Shown: one piece after another, positions 19,376 through 28,578 of the stretch | Layout: each line of letters starts with the position of its first letter | Position numbering within the stretch: the stretch's first letter is position 1 | Assembly: GCA_027053075.1 (NCBI GenBank) | Contig: JALUEE010000071.1 | Span: 1-37,076, forward strand | Source of the DNA: a candidate division WOR-3 bacterium | Lineage (GTDB): Bacteria; Hydrothermota; Hydrothermia; B15-G9; WFZT01 | Length of the DNA: 37,076 bases | Direction: 5' to 3' | Made by a program: the position numbers and the translations under genes | The notes under the pieces: model-generated | What the model saw: the letters and a program-made list of their open reading frames with translations, nothing else | Database searches by the model: none | Told to the model about the DNA's origin: nothing

Positions 19376-20890
19376 ATGATGGACTCCAGCGATTTTATAG
19401 ACCAGTCTTTAAAGGGGATGAGTGCGAGTTACCTGGGGGTGCTCTACAACGTCTCGGTTATACTCAACTCCACTCTTGACCTGAAAAAAACGCTAAGCTA
19501 TCTGACCGACGTGGTGAAAAACCTCGTAAATACTGAGAGATGCGTCATAGACCTCAAAAAAGAGTGCTGTGGAGTAAAACGGGAAACCTACAATTTTTCT
19601 GAAAACTATATCACCGACCTGAGTGAGACGATTCTAAAAAAGGTTTACGAAACAGGTAAGACGCTGAAGCTCATAGATGCCCAGAATCACAGTGAATTTA
19701 AAAACCGCAAAAGTGTCAAAAGGCTGGGTATAAGGTCAGTTCTCGCTGTTCCCATAAAATGGAAAGAAGAAGTGCTTGGAGTGATTTATATTGACAACAG
19801 GAGAATAGTGAACGCCTTCACAGAACGCGAGCAGGCTTTGCTTGAGGCTATTGCCAATGTGGCATCGGTGGCAATTAGAAATTCTCAAAAATACTCCACG
19901 CTTAACCAGTCTCTTAAAGACATAAAGAGCATCTTGAGCAAGGGTTTCTTTTATACGGATAGATTCCTCGTTGTAAGTGACAAAATGAAGAGGGTGGTGG
20001 ATGAGATTGAGAGGATTAAAGACAAGGATGAGATAAACGTCCTCATCCTCGGTGAGACCGGTGTTGGGAAGGAAGAGGTTGCGAGAGCAATCCATGTGAA
20101 ATCAAAAAGAAGGAATAGGATGTTTAATCCCATTAACTGCCCCAATTTGAAAGAAGAGCTGTTTGAATCCATGATGTTCGGACATAAGAGAGGCTCTTAC
20201 ACGGGCGCAATTAAAGACCACGACGGAAAGATACTTGAAGCCAACGGTGGCACAGTTTTTCTCGATGAGATAGGAGACCTTTCTCCATCCCTTCAGGCAA
20301 AATTTTTGAAGGTCCTTGAAACAGGTGAGATAGAAATAATTGGTGCCAGTAAGCCCGTCAAAGTGGACGTCCGATTTATTTCTGCAACCAATAAAGACAT
20401 AGAGGAAATGGTGGAAAGAGGAGAATTCAGGGAAGACCTCTACTATAGACTCGCTGGCTATATCATAGAAATTCCTCCACTCAGGGAGAGGAAAGAAGAG
20501 ATTATTCCCCTTGCCAACTATTTTCTAAACCTCTATTCTCACGATAGAAATATCAAGGGCTTCACATCGAAGGCAAGGGAGAAGCTTTTGAGTTACGATT
20601 ACCCGGGCAACGTCAGGGAGCTTCGAGATGTGGTTAAAAGGGCAATTGTTCTGTCCGAGGGAGATTTTATAACCGAGAATGATATTGTTTTTGGTCGTAG
20701 AAAAAAGAGGAGCAAGAAAACTTATTTTGATGAAAATATTAGCCTCAAAGAACTCGAGAAAGTCCATATACTCCAGGTGCTTGAAAAAACAAACTGGAGT
20801 ATGGCAAAAACTGCAGAAATACTTGGAATTACGAGGCAAACACTGAGAAATAAGATTAAGGAATACGGCCTTGATAAATTCAGGAAGTGA
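19376..20890 (+). CDS. GAF domain-sigma54 activator (AAA+)-Fis HTH transcriptional regulator
   Basis: GAF-like SVLAVPI..LGVIYIDN..FTERE; Walker A GETGVGKE, loop GSYTGA, Walker B FLDEIG, FREDLYYRL, PGNVREL; HTH TAEILGITRQTL. Confidence 0.92.
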   Translation: MMDSSDFIDQSLKGMSASYLGVLYNVSVILNSTLDLKKTLSYLTDVVKNLVNTERCVIDLKKECCGVKRETYNFSENYITDLSETILKKVYETGKTLKLIDAQNHSEFKNRKSVKRLGIRSVLAVPIKWKEEVLGVIYIDNRRIVNAFTEREQALLEAIANVASVAIRNSQKYSTLNQSLKDIKSILSKGFFYTDRFLVVSDKMKRVVDEIERIKDKDEINVLILGETGVGKEEVARAIHVKSKRRNRMFNPINCPNLKEELFESMMFGHKRGSYTGAIKDHDGKILEANGGTVFLDEIGDLSPSLQAKFLKVLETGEIEIIGASKPVKVDVRFISATNKDIEEMVERGEFREDLYYRLAGYIIEIPPLRERKEEIIPLANYFLNLYSHDRNIKGFTSKAREKLLSYDYPGNVRELRDVVKRAIVLSEGDFITENDIVFGRRKKRSKKTYFDENISLKELEKVHILQVLEKTNWSMAKTAEILGITRQTLRNKIKEYGLDKFRK

Positions 20891-20955
20891 GTGCACTTCT
20901 GTAAACTCTGATTTGTTGCCTTTAAAATACACATTGCACATTAAGGAGGAATAAA

Positions 20956-22155
20956 ATGGGATTTTTCATAGCGAAAGAAGATGACATAAAGAAGGGAAAA
21001 ACTACAGATGTTTATTTTGTTAGAACCGAGAAGATTTTGAGAGAGAAAAATGTTCATAACCTTTCAGTTGCCGAGTTCACCGTCTCCGGTTTGCCCAACG
21101 GGTACAGATGGGCCCTGTTTGGGGGACTGGAAGAAGCGGTTGAGCTGCTGAAGGGGAAGAATATAGACCTTTATGCGTTTCCCGAAGGGAGCCTTTTTAA
21201 ACCGAGAGACATCAATGGGGTCCTTGTGCCTGTAATGTACATCGTGGGTGATTACGTGGAATTTGCTATTTATGAGACACCTACACTTGGCTTTCTATGC
21301 CATACAAGCGGAATAATGACAAAGTCTGCCAGGGTGAGACTGGCGGCTGGAGACTCGGTGGTACTTTCCTTTGGTATACGTCGCATGCATCCGGCCCTCG
21401 CACCTATGATTGATAGAGCGGCATATATTGGTGGATGTGATGGTGTTTCGAGTCTCATTGGAGCAGAAACGATAAACCAGCCGGCCAAAGGTACCATGCC
21501 TCATGCCCTTATGATCACAATGGGTGAGGATGAGGCGTGGAAAGCTTACGATGAGCTGATGCCCCCTGAGGTGCCAAGAATTGCCCTCATAGACACTTTC
21601 GGAGATGAGAAGTACGAAGCCATTAAGGCCGCAAAGATATTCCGCAAACTCCAATCAGTCAGATTGGACACCCCTGGCTCCAGGAGAGGGAACTTTGCAG
21701 CAATCATTCGAGAGGTTCGCTGGGAACTGGATGTCCGTGGCTACAAGGATGTCGGCATATTTGTATCCGGCGGTCTTAATGAAAAGACCATACCGGAGCT
21801 AAAAGAGGTGGGTGCCAACGGATTTGGTGTTGGAACGTCTATTTCGAATGCCCCCACAATTGATTTTGCCATGGATATTGTCGAAATTGACGGCAAGCCC
21901 AGCGCGAAAAAAGGCAAATTTGGCGGAAGAAAAGACACTTATAGATGTAAGGAATGTTTCTCTTTTGTCAATGTCAGGCATGGTGAGAATCCTCCTGAAA
22001 GATGCCCGGTCTGTGGTGGAGAGCTTGAGCCCATGCACAGAAAAATTCTTGATAAAGGGAAACTCGTGTATGAACTTCCAGGTGTAGAAGATATGAGAAA
22101 TTACGTGCTTTCCCAGCTGGAGCACCTAAAAAAGGTGGAAGAAAATCCTATCTAA
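20956..22155 (+). CDS. pncB: Nicotinate phosphoribosyltransferase, archaeal type with C-terminal Zn ribbon
   Basis: TDVYF, SFGIRRMHP, GTMPHAL, VRLDTP, VSGGL and FGVGT motifs; CKEC...CPVC; strong SD AAGGAGG. Confidence 0.9.
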   Translation: MGFFIAKEDDIKKGKTTDVYFVRTEKILREKNVHNLSVAEFTVSGLPNGYRWALFGGLEEAVELLKGKNIDLYAFPEGSLFKPRDINGVLVPVMYIVGDYVEFAIYETPTLGFLCHTSGIMTKSARVRLAAGDSVVLSFGIRRMHPALAPMIDRAAYIGGCDGVSSLIGAETINQPAKGTMPHALMITMGEDEAWKAYDELMPPEVPRIALIDTFGDEKYEAIKAAKIFRKLQSVRLDTPGSRRGNFAAIIREVRWELDVRGYKDVGIFVSGGLNEKTIPELKEVGANGFGVGTSISNAPTIDFAMDIVEIDGKPSAKKGKFGGRKDTYRCKECFSFVNVRHGENPPERCPVCGGELEPMHRKILDKGKLVYELPGVEDMRNYVLSQLEHLKKVEENPI

Positions 22156-22165
22156 CGGAGGGAAG

Positions 22166-22873
22166 ATGAAGGTCGTTATCCTCGCAGGTGGAAAGGGCAA
22201 GAGACTTGAACCTTACACCACCCTGCTACCCAAGCCACTGATGCCGGTGGGAGAGTATCCTATTCTTGAAATCATCTTGAGGCAGCTTAAGTACTACGGT
22301 TTTAACGAGGTAATCCTTGCAGTTGGACACCTTGCAGAGTTGATTCAGGCGTACTTCGGGAAAGGGGAAAAACTCGGGATGAAGATTGATTATGTTTTTG
22401 AACCTCATCCGCTTGGAACTGTTGGACCTCTTAAGCTAATGAAGGATAGGTTAAATGATACTCCTTTCCTGGTAATGAACGGAGACATTTTGACAGATCT
22501 TGATTTTAAAGAATTTATGGATTATCACCTGAATTCCGGCGGCACCCTCACAGTTGGAGTTAAAAAGAGAGCTGTAAATATAGATTTCGGTGTGGCTGAC
22601 CTTTCTGGAAATGTGATTGTTAACTATCGGGAAAAACCTACCTTTGAATTCTGGGTTTCTATGGGAATCTACATATTCGAACCTCCAATTCTGCGCTATA
22701 TTCCCGATAAGAAGAAATTTGACTTTCCAGACCTTGTCCAGGAGTTGATTGCTCATGGCGAGAAAATTTCAGCCTACCTTTATGACGGTTTCTGGCTGGA
22801 CATAGGCCGAGAGGAAGACATGAAACGTGCCCAGTACGAGTTTGAAAGCCGGAAGGATACCCTGCTGAAATGA
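22166..22873 (+). CDS. Sugar-phosphate nucleotidyltransferase (NTP_transferase family, substrate unknown)
   Basis: ILAGGKGKRL, PKPL, EPxPLGTxG, MNGD, EKP and WLDIG motifs. Confidence 0.88.
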   Translation: MKVVILAGGKGKRLEPYTTLLPKPLMPVGEYPILEIILRQLKYYGFNEVILAVGHLAELIQAYFGKGEKLGMKIDYVFEPHPLGTVGPLKLMKDRLNDTPFLVMNGDILTDLDFKEFMDYHLNSGGTLTVGVKKRAVNIDFGVADLSGNVIVNYREKPTFEFWVSMGIYIFEPPILRYIPDKKKFDFPDLVQELIAHGEKISAYLYDGFWLDIGREEDMKRAQYEFESRKDTLLK

Positions 22874-23931
22874 AAGCACTGGTTTTAAGTGGTGGAAAAG
22901 GAACGAGATTAAGACCGGTTACGTATAGCCTTGCTAAGCAACTCGTTCCCGTAGCAAATAGGCCGATCCTCTTTTACGTGCTGGATAACATAATTCAGGC
23001 CGGGATAACCGACATCGGAATCGTTATTTCGCCTGAAACAGGTGAAGATATTAAAAGGGCGGTGGAGATGTATCGGACTCGTGACGCGAGGTTTACTTTT
23101 ATTTTACAGGAGGCACCTCTGGGACTTGCCCATGCTGTAAAAATTTCAAGAGACTTTATCGTTGATGAACCTTTTGTTATGTACCTTGGAGATAATTTGA
23201 TCGGCTCCGGGATCGGGAACTTCAAAGAAAAGTTCTTATATGAAAACCCTGATGCCCTTATTCTTGTTAAAGAAGTAGAAGATGCCACCCAGTTTGGGGT
23301 CGTTGAATTTGACCAGGAAGGAAAGGTAATGAGACTGGTGGAAAAGCCAAAGTTTCCTCCGTCCAACTTCGCCCTTGTCGGGGTTTACTTCTTCTCTCCT
23401 GCTATTTTTGAAGCTGTAGAGAAGCTTACTCCTTCATGGCGTGGAGAGTATGAGATTACGGAAGCCGTTCAGGAGTTGATAAATTCCGGTAAAAAAGTAA
23501 TTGCCGAGTATCTTGAATCCTGGTGGCTTGATACCGGGAAAAAGGATGACATTCTCGAGGCCAACAGGGTGGTACTTGACGAGTGGATAAAAAGAAGGAT
23601 AGAAGGGCGAGTTGATGAATCAAGTGTTATATCGGGAAGAGTGTCCATTGCGAAGGGTGCCATTGTGGAGAACTCAGAAATCAGAGGCCCTGTTGTTATT
23701 GGTAGTGGCGCGACGGTAAGGAACTCATTTATAGGACCTTACACGAGCATTGGGGATTTCTCACACGTGGAAGATTCAGAAATCCAATTCTCGGTTGTGC
23801 TTGATGGTGTTGAAATTCTCGGAGTTAAAGGGATTGATAGTTCAATAATAGGGAAAAGGGCCCGCGTAGTGGGCGATGGCAAAAATCGCATTAAACTTTT
23901 CATCGGAGATGATGCAGTAGTTGAATTCTGA
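22870..23931 (+). CDS. rmlA: Glucose-1-phosphate thymidylyltransferase, long form
   Basis: LSGGKGTRLRP, KQLVPVAN, QEAPLGLAHA, YLGDN, SWRGEYEIT and WWLDTG motifs; C-terminal beta-helix-like repeats. Confidence 0.92.
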   Translation: MKALVLSGGKGTRLRPVTYSLAKQLVPVANRPILFYVLDNIIQAGITDIGIVISPETGEDIKRAVEMYRTRDARFTFILQEAPLGLAHAVKISRDFIVDEPFVMYLGDNLIGSGIGNFKEKFLYENPDALILVKEVEDATQFGVVEFDQEGKVMRLVEKPKFPPSNFALVGVYFFSPAIFEAVEKLTPSWRGEYEITEAVQELINSGKKVIAEYLESWWLDTGKKDDILEANRVVLDEWIKRRIEGRVDESSVISGRVSIAKGAIVENSEIRGPVVIGSGATVRNSFIGPYTSIGDFSHVEDSEIQFSVVLDGVEILGVKGIDSSIIGKRARVVGDGKNRIKLFIGDDAVVEF

Positions 23932-23932
23932 G

Positions 23933-24487
23933 ATGGCCCGACTGCTTAAAATTAAGCTTCCCATAGACGGTCCGTTTGTTATAGTCCCTGAGGTCTACTA
24001 TGACCATCGTGGATACTTCATGGAAACCTTTAGTGAAAGGGACTTTAAGGAGATCGGAATCACGAAGAGGTTTGTCCAGGACAACGAATCCTACACGAAA
24101 AAGCGAGGCACAATTAGAGGATTGCACTACCAGATAGCTCCGAAGCCGCAGGCCAAGCTGGTGAGATGTGTTAGAGGAAGTATATTCGATGTGATGGTGG
24201 ATATCAGGCCGGGTAGTCCGACATTTGGTCGGTGGACGGCGGTAATTCTTAATGAATTCAACCACAAGCAGGTCTACATCCCCGAGGGATTCGCCCACGG
24301 ATTCCAGAGCCTCACTGATGACGTAATTGTTGCCTACAAGGTTACTGAATTTTACTACAGAGAGTTTGACAGGGCCATCAGATGGAATGATCTCGAGATT
24401 GGCATCTCCTGGCCCTTTGACAATCCCATACTATCTGAAAAAGACAGAAATGCCCCCCTCTTGAAGGAGGCAGAGCTTATCTTTTGA
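23933..24487 (+). CDS. rmlC: dTDP-4-dehydrorhamnose 3,5-epimerase
   Basis: DHRGYF, FVQDNES, RGLHYQ, QAKLVRC and GFAHGF motifs. ATG at 23933; the ORF is open from TTG 23921. Confidence 0.95.
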   Translation: MARLLKIKLPIDGPFVIVPEVYYDHRGYFMETFSERDFKEIGITKRFVQDNESYTKKRGTIRGLHYQIAPKPQAKLVRCVRGSIFDVMVDIRPGSPTFGRWTAVILNEFNHKQVYIPEGFAHGFQSLTDDVIVAYKVTEFYYREFDRAIRWNDLEIGISWPFDNPILSEKDRNAPLLKEAELIF

Positions 24488-24489
24488 CC

Positions 24490-25494
24490 ATGAGGGTACT
24501 TGTAACAGGTGGAGCCGGCTTCATAGGAAGTGAGTTTGTAAGGCAGTTAAACGAGGAGGTCGCGATATTAGATACCCTGACCTACGCCGGAGACTTGAAT
24601 AGACTCGAAAAGGTGATGTCCCGGATTTCATTTTTCCGTGCAGATGTGCGTGATATGGAGCAAATTCAAAAAATTTTTAAAGATTTTGAACCCGAGATGG
24701 TGGTACACTTTGCGGCAGAGACCCATGTGGACAGAAGCATCCTTTTCCCTACCCAATTCTATGAGACCAACGTAATAGGCACCCACAATGTGCTCCAGGC
24801 TTCTCTTGAAACCGGTGTTGAGCTTTTTATTAATGTTTCCACCGATGAAGTCTATGGTGAGAGGAGGGGCGAAGGGAAATTTAGAGAAGATGATCCGTTG
24901 AGACCGGGCTCTCCCTATGCGGTGAGTAAGGCGGCGGCTGATATGCTCGGCCGTGCATTTATGCGAACCTACGGTCTTCCCGTGATTACTGTAAGACCTT
25001 CGAACAACTATGGTCCATGGCAGTACCCTGAAAAGCTCATCCCGGTTGTCATAGCGAAGGCTCTAAAAGACGAGCCAATCCCGGTTTACGGAACTGGTGA
25101 AAATTTGAGAGAATGGATACACGTTTCGGATACAGCTCGAGCTTTGACAAAAATTCTGGAGAATCCCAGGCCGGGTGAGATTTACAACATAGGTAGTGGA
25201 ATCGAGCTTAAAAACATTGATGTGGTTAAGAAAATACTTCGCATCCTTGGTAAACCAGAGGATTTGATAACCTTTGTCAGGGATCGTGCCGGGCACGATT
25301 TTCGGTACTCCCTCAACACCGAGAAAATCCGAAAGGAGATCGGATGGAGCCCGGAAATAGGCTTTGATGAAGGGCTCTATCAGACTGTGATGTGGTACAT
25401 TGAACACATGGAATGGCTTGAGGAGAAAATAAAAACTGTCCGTAATTTCTGGAAAATGGTCTATGAAAATGAGAGTGGTGATAACAGGAGCTAA
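24490..25494 (+). CDS. rmlB: dTDP-glucose 4,6-dehydratase
   Basis: TGGAGFIGS, LTYAG, HFAAETHVDRSI, STDEVYG, YAVSK, NNYGPWQYPEKLIP and GHDFRY motifs. Confidence 0.96.
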   Translation: MRVLVTGGAGFIGSEFVRQLNEEVAILDTLTYAGDLNRLEKVMSRISFFRADVRDMEQIQKIFKDFEPEMVVHFAAETHVDRSILFPTQFYETNVIGTHNVLQASLETGVELFINVSTDEVYGERRGEGKFREDDPLRPGSPYAVSKAAADMLGRAFMRTYGLPVITVRPSNNYGPWQYPEKLIPVVIAKALKDEPIPVYGTGENLREWIHVSDTARALTKILENPRPGEIYNIGSGIELKNIDVVKKILRILGKPEDLITFVRDRAGHDFRYSLNTEKIRKEIGWSPEIGFDEGLYQTVMWYIEHMEWLEEKIKTVRNFWKMVYENESGDNRS

Positions 25495-26314
25495 TGGCCA
25501 GCTTGGCACTGCACTGGTCGAAAATGCCCCTGAAAACGTTGAAATTGTACCCCACACAAGAGAAGATTTTGACCTGAGGGATATAAATGCCCTTGAACGT
25601 TTTTTGAGAGAAACTTCTCCTTTTGTAGTTATCAATACGGCCGCTTTCCATGATACAGAGGCCTGTGAGACTGAATTTGAAGAGGCTCTGTTTGTTAATG
25701 CGATAATACCGACTATAATGGCAAGAATACTCGAGAAAATTGGGGGAATCGTGGTTTTTATCAGCACCGATTACGTATTTGACGGTGAGAAACGGGGAGA
25801 GCTTTATCTTGAGGATGACTTGCCAAATCCCCTGAACAGGTACGGCATCTCAAAACTTGCAGGTGAAGTGGGGGTTTCAAAACTGTCTGCTAAGTTCTAT
25901 ATTTTTAGACTGTCTTCGCTCTTTGGAAAAACAACGAAACGGACCGGGAATTTTGTCCTTAAAATCATTGAAAAAGCAACTAAAGGCAAGCCCCTCAGGG
26001 TAGTTAATGATATTTTTATGACACCTACTTACGCTCCGGACGCTGCAAAAAGAATCTGGGAAGTCTTGCTTGGGAATTTTTCTCCCGGAGTGTACCACGT
26101 CTCAAACTCAGGTATCACCAGCTGGTTTGATTTTGCAAAGGAAATACTGAGGATCAAGGGTATTGATAAAGATGTGATGCCTGTTTCTCATACCGAGATT
26201 AAAACGAAAGTGAAGAGGCCCCTCTGGAGCCCGCTTGGAAGTAAATATCTTTCTCCATTACGTCATTGGGGGGAGGCACTCAAAGAATATCTGGAGGTAG
26301 AGTCATGGACCTGA
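25463..26314 (+). CDS. rmlD: dTDP-4-dehydrorhamnose reductase
   Basis: TGANGQLG, ISTDYVFDG, YGISK and PTY motifs; rml cluster context. Confidence 0.94.
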   Translation: MKMRVVITGANGQLGTALVENAPENVEIVPHTREDFDLRDINALERFLRETSPFVVINTAAFHDTEACETEFEEALFVNAIIPTIMARILEKIGGIVVFISTDYVFDGEKRGELYLEDDLPNPLNRYGISKLAGEVGVSKLSAKFYIFRLSSLFGKTTKRTGNFVLKIIEKATKGKPLRVVNDIFMTPTYAPDAAKRIWEVLLGNFSPGVYHVSNSGITSWFDFAKEILRIKGIDKDVMPVSHTEIKTKVKRPLWSPLGSKYLSPLRHWGEALKEYLEVESWT

Positions 26315-27108
26315 GTGTCATTACAATCAGTCATGGGCACGATGCCGAGGTAAAAAGGCTTTACGAGTCTATCCTCGGCAAAGACTGGAAGGTTGGTTTA
26401 GAAATAATTCTTATAGACAATCTCCCCCCTCATAAAACGGCAAAGCTGGTAAGCAAGGCTTTCCCCGGAGTTAAAATATTGAAGAATAAGAGACCGAGGG
26501 GATTTGCACACAACGCTAACCTTGGTATAAGCAAATCCTCGGGACGGTACATTTTTCTACTCAATCCTGACATTGTTGTCCTTGATGGTCTCTTTGAAAA
26601 AATGGTTAAATTCATGGATGAGCATCCTGATGTTGGCATAGCAGCCCCGGTTCTCCTTAATGTGGACGGCTCAAGACAACCGTCGGCACGAAGATTCCCA
26701 AATTTCTGGGTAATAATGTTGCGTGGGCTTGGTCTTGACAGGTACCTTGGTTTTATGTCATTAAATCAAAAATATATTGCAAACGATGTACCTCTGAACA
26801 ACGGCTATGTGAACGTGGATTGGGTAACAGGAGCGGCCATGATTATCAGGAGAAAGGCATACGAGGTTATAGGGCCGTTTGACGATAAAAATTTCTTCCT
26901 TTACTTTGAGGATGTTGATTATTGCTATAGACTGTGGAAGGCTGGCTGGCGTGTGGCATATGTCACGGAAGCCAGAGCAGTGCACGAATGGAAGAGACGC
27001 TCGAGAAATCCATTCTCCGTTTATAAATTTTACCACGTTGTAAGTAGCATAAGATTTTTCAAAAAATACGGTCTAAATCTGAAAAATCCCAGGGAGGGTT
27101 TGAAATGA
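26305..27108 (+). CDS. GT2 family glycosyltransferase, probable rhamnosyltransferase (WbbL-like)
   Basis: IDN, GFAHNANLG, LNPD, DWVTGA and FFLYFEDVD motifs; SD GGAGG before ATG 26305; follows rmlD. Confidence 0.85.
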   Translation: MDLSVITISHGHDAEVKRLYESILGKDWKVGLEIILIDNLPPHKTAKLVSKAFPGVKILKNKRPRGFAHNANLGISKSSGRYIFLLNPDIVVLDGLFEKMVKFMDEHPDVGIAAPVLLNVDGSRQPSARRFPNFWVIMLRGLGLDRYLGFMSLNQKYIANDVPLNNGYVNVDWVTGAAMIIRRKAYEVIGPFDDKNFFLYFEDVDYCYRLWKAGWRVAYVTEARAVHEWKRRSRNPFSVYKFYHVVSSIRFFKKYGLNLKNPREGLK

Positions 27109-28568
27109 AAGTTTTTTACATGTCGTCTGAGATATATCCCTATGCTAAAACAGGGGGATTGGCCGATGTTGCCGGCACACTTCCCCTGAGTCTCAAAAAA
27201 CTGGGAGTCGAGATTATCCTCGCAATGCCCTATTACAATAGGTTCGTTGAAAAACACAACCCTGAGAATACCGGAATCGTGCTGGACGTGGAATTCAACG
27301 GGATTACCTACAAAACTCCGATCTATAAAAAGGAAAACAAAGACGTTACCACCTACTTCATCAAAAACGACCAGTTCTTCAATAGAGAGTATCTCTACGG
27401 AACTCCTGAAGGCGATTACCCTGATAACCCACTCAGATTCGGCTTTTTTAACGTAGCATCCCTGAGACTTCTTGAAAAATTGAATTTTAAACCGGCTATA
27501 ATCCATCTAAATGACTGGCAAACAGCCCTTGTCCCTGTTTACCTTAAAAACACGAATCTTTTCCCATTTCTAAAGGATACGAAAACCATTATAACAATTC
27601 ACAATCTTGCCTATCAGGGCACCTTTGATCCCAAATTTTTGAAAGACCTGATGCTCCCTGAATCTCTATTCAACATGGAGGCCATGGAATTTTATGGAAA
27701 AATCAACTTTTTAAAAGGCGGAATAGTTTTCTCCGACGTCATCACAACTGTCAGCCCTACCTATGCACGGGAAATTCAAACCCCGGAGTATGGGTATGGA
27801 CTCGAAGGAGTGCTTTACAAGAGAAGGGAGCATATTTATGGGATTTTAAACGGCATTGATTACGATGTATGGAATCCGGAAAACGATGAAAATATTTACT
27901 ACACGTACTCAGTCGAAGACTTCCATTACAAGAAAATGCTGAACAAAACCCACCTTCAGGAAGATGTGGGCCTCCCGGCAGATTCTGAGAAACCTTTGAT
28001 TGGCATGGTTTCAAGGCTCGCAGCTCAAAAAGGGCTTGACCTCCTTGCAGATGCTATGAAAGAGCTCTCAAATATGGACCTTCAGATGGTTATACTTGGG
28101 ACAGGCGATAAAATTTATCAGGACCTTCTCTCTGATTTTGGGACCAAATTCCCTGACAAATTCGCCGTTAAAATTGCATTTGATCCGGTGCTTGCAAGAA
28201 GAATTTACGCTGGTTCTGACATGTTTCTCATGCCATCAAGGTATGAGCCATGCGGGCTTGGCCAGATGATTGCAATGCGGTACGGAACTATTCCTGTAGT
28301 GAGAAAAACAGGTGGCCTTGCTGATACTGTCGAGGATTTCACCTATGAAAAGCTAAAGCGTGATCCTGGAAAACGTAAGGGATACGGTTTTAGCTTCACT
28401 ACATACACTCATGCCAACCTGATAGATGCCATTAAACGGGCACTCAAGATTTATACGGATAAAGAGACGTGGAACCAGCTTGTAAAAATTGCCATGACAC
28501 GTGATTTTTCTTGGAAAAGCTCGGCAAGGGAGTATATCGCGCTTTACGAAAAGGTCATGTACATGTAA
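27105..28568 (+). CDS. glgA: Glycogen synthase (GT5)
   Basis: SEIYPYAKTGGLADV, HLNDWQT, TIHNLAYQG, TTVSPTYA, GILNGID and PSRYEPCGL motifs. Confidence 0.95.
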   Translation: MKVFYMSSEIYPYAKTGGLADVAGTLPLSLKKLGVEIILAMPYYNRFVEKHNPENTGIVLDVEFNGITYKTPIYKKENKDVTTYFIKNDQFFNREYLYGTPEGDYPDNPLRFGFFNVASLRLLEKLNFKPAIIHLNDWQTALVPVYLKNTNLFPFLKDTKTIITIHNLAYQGTFDPKFLKDLMLPESLFNMEAMEFYGKINFLKGGIVFSDVITTVSPTYAREIQTPEYGYGLEGVLYKRREHIYGILNGIDYDVWNPENDENIYYTYSVEDFHYKKMLNKTHLQEDVGLPADSEKPLIGMVSRLAAQKGLDLLADAMKELSNMDLQMVILGTGDKIYQDLLSDFGTKFPDKFAVKIAFDPVLARRIYAGSDMFLMPSRYEPCGLGQMIAMRYGTIPVVRKTGGLADTVEDFTYEKLKRDPGKRKGYGFSFTTYTHANLIDAIKRALKIYTDKETWNQLVKIAMTRDFSWKSSAREYIALYEKVMYM

Positions 28569-28578
28569 GGAGGCCGAA

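Noticed and set aside
19360..19380. Sequencing frameshift splitting one kinase-activator gene
   Set aside because: Stops are present in both relevant frames, so a single indel cannot join them.
20891..20955. NAD-regulator operator or promoter upstream of pncB
   Set aside because: Only a TAAAAT hexamer, with no convincing -35 or palindrome.
25063..25767. 234-aa antisense ORF across rmlB/rmlD
   Set aside because: Fully overlaps two conserved genes and has no recognisable domain.
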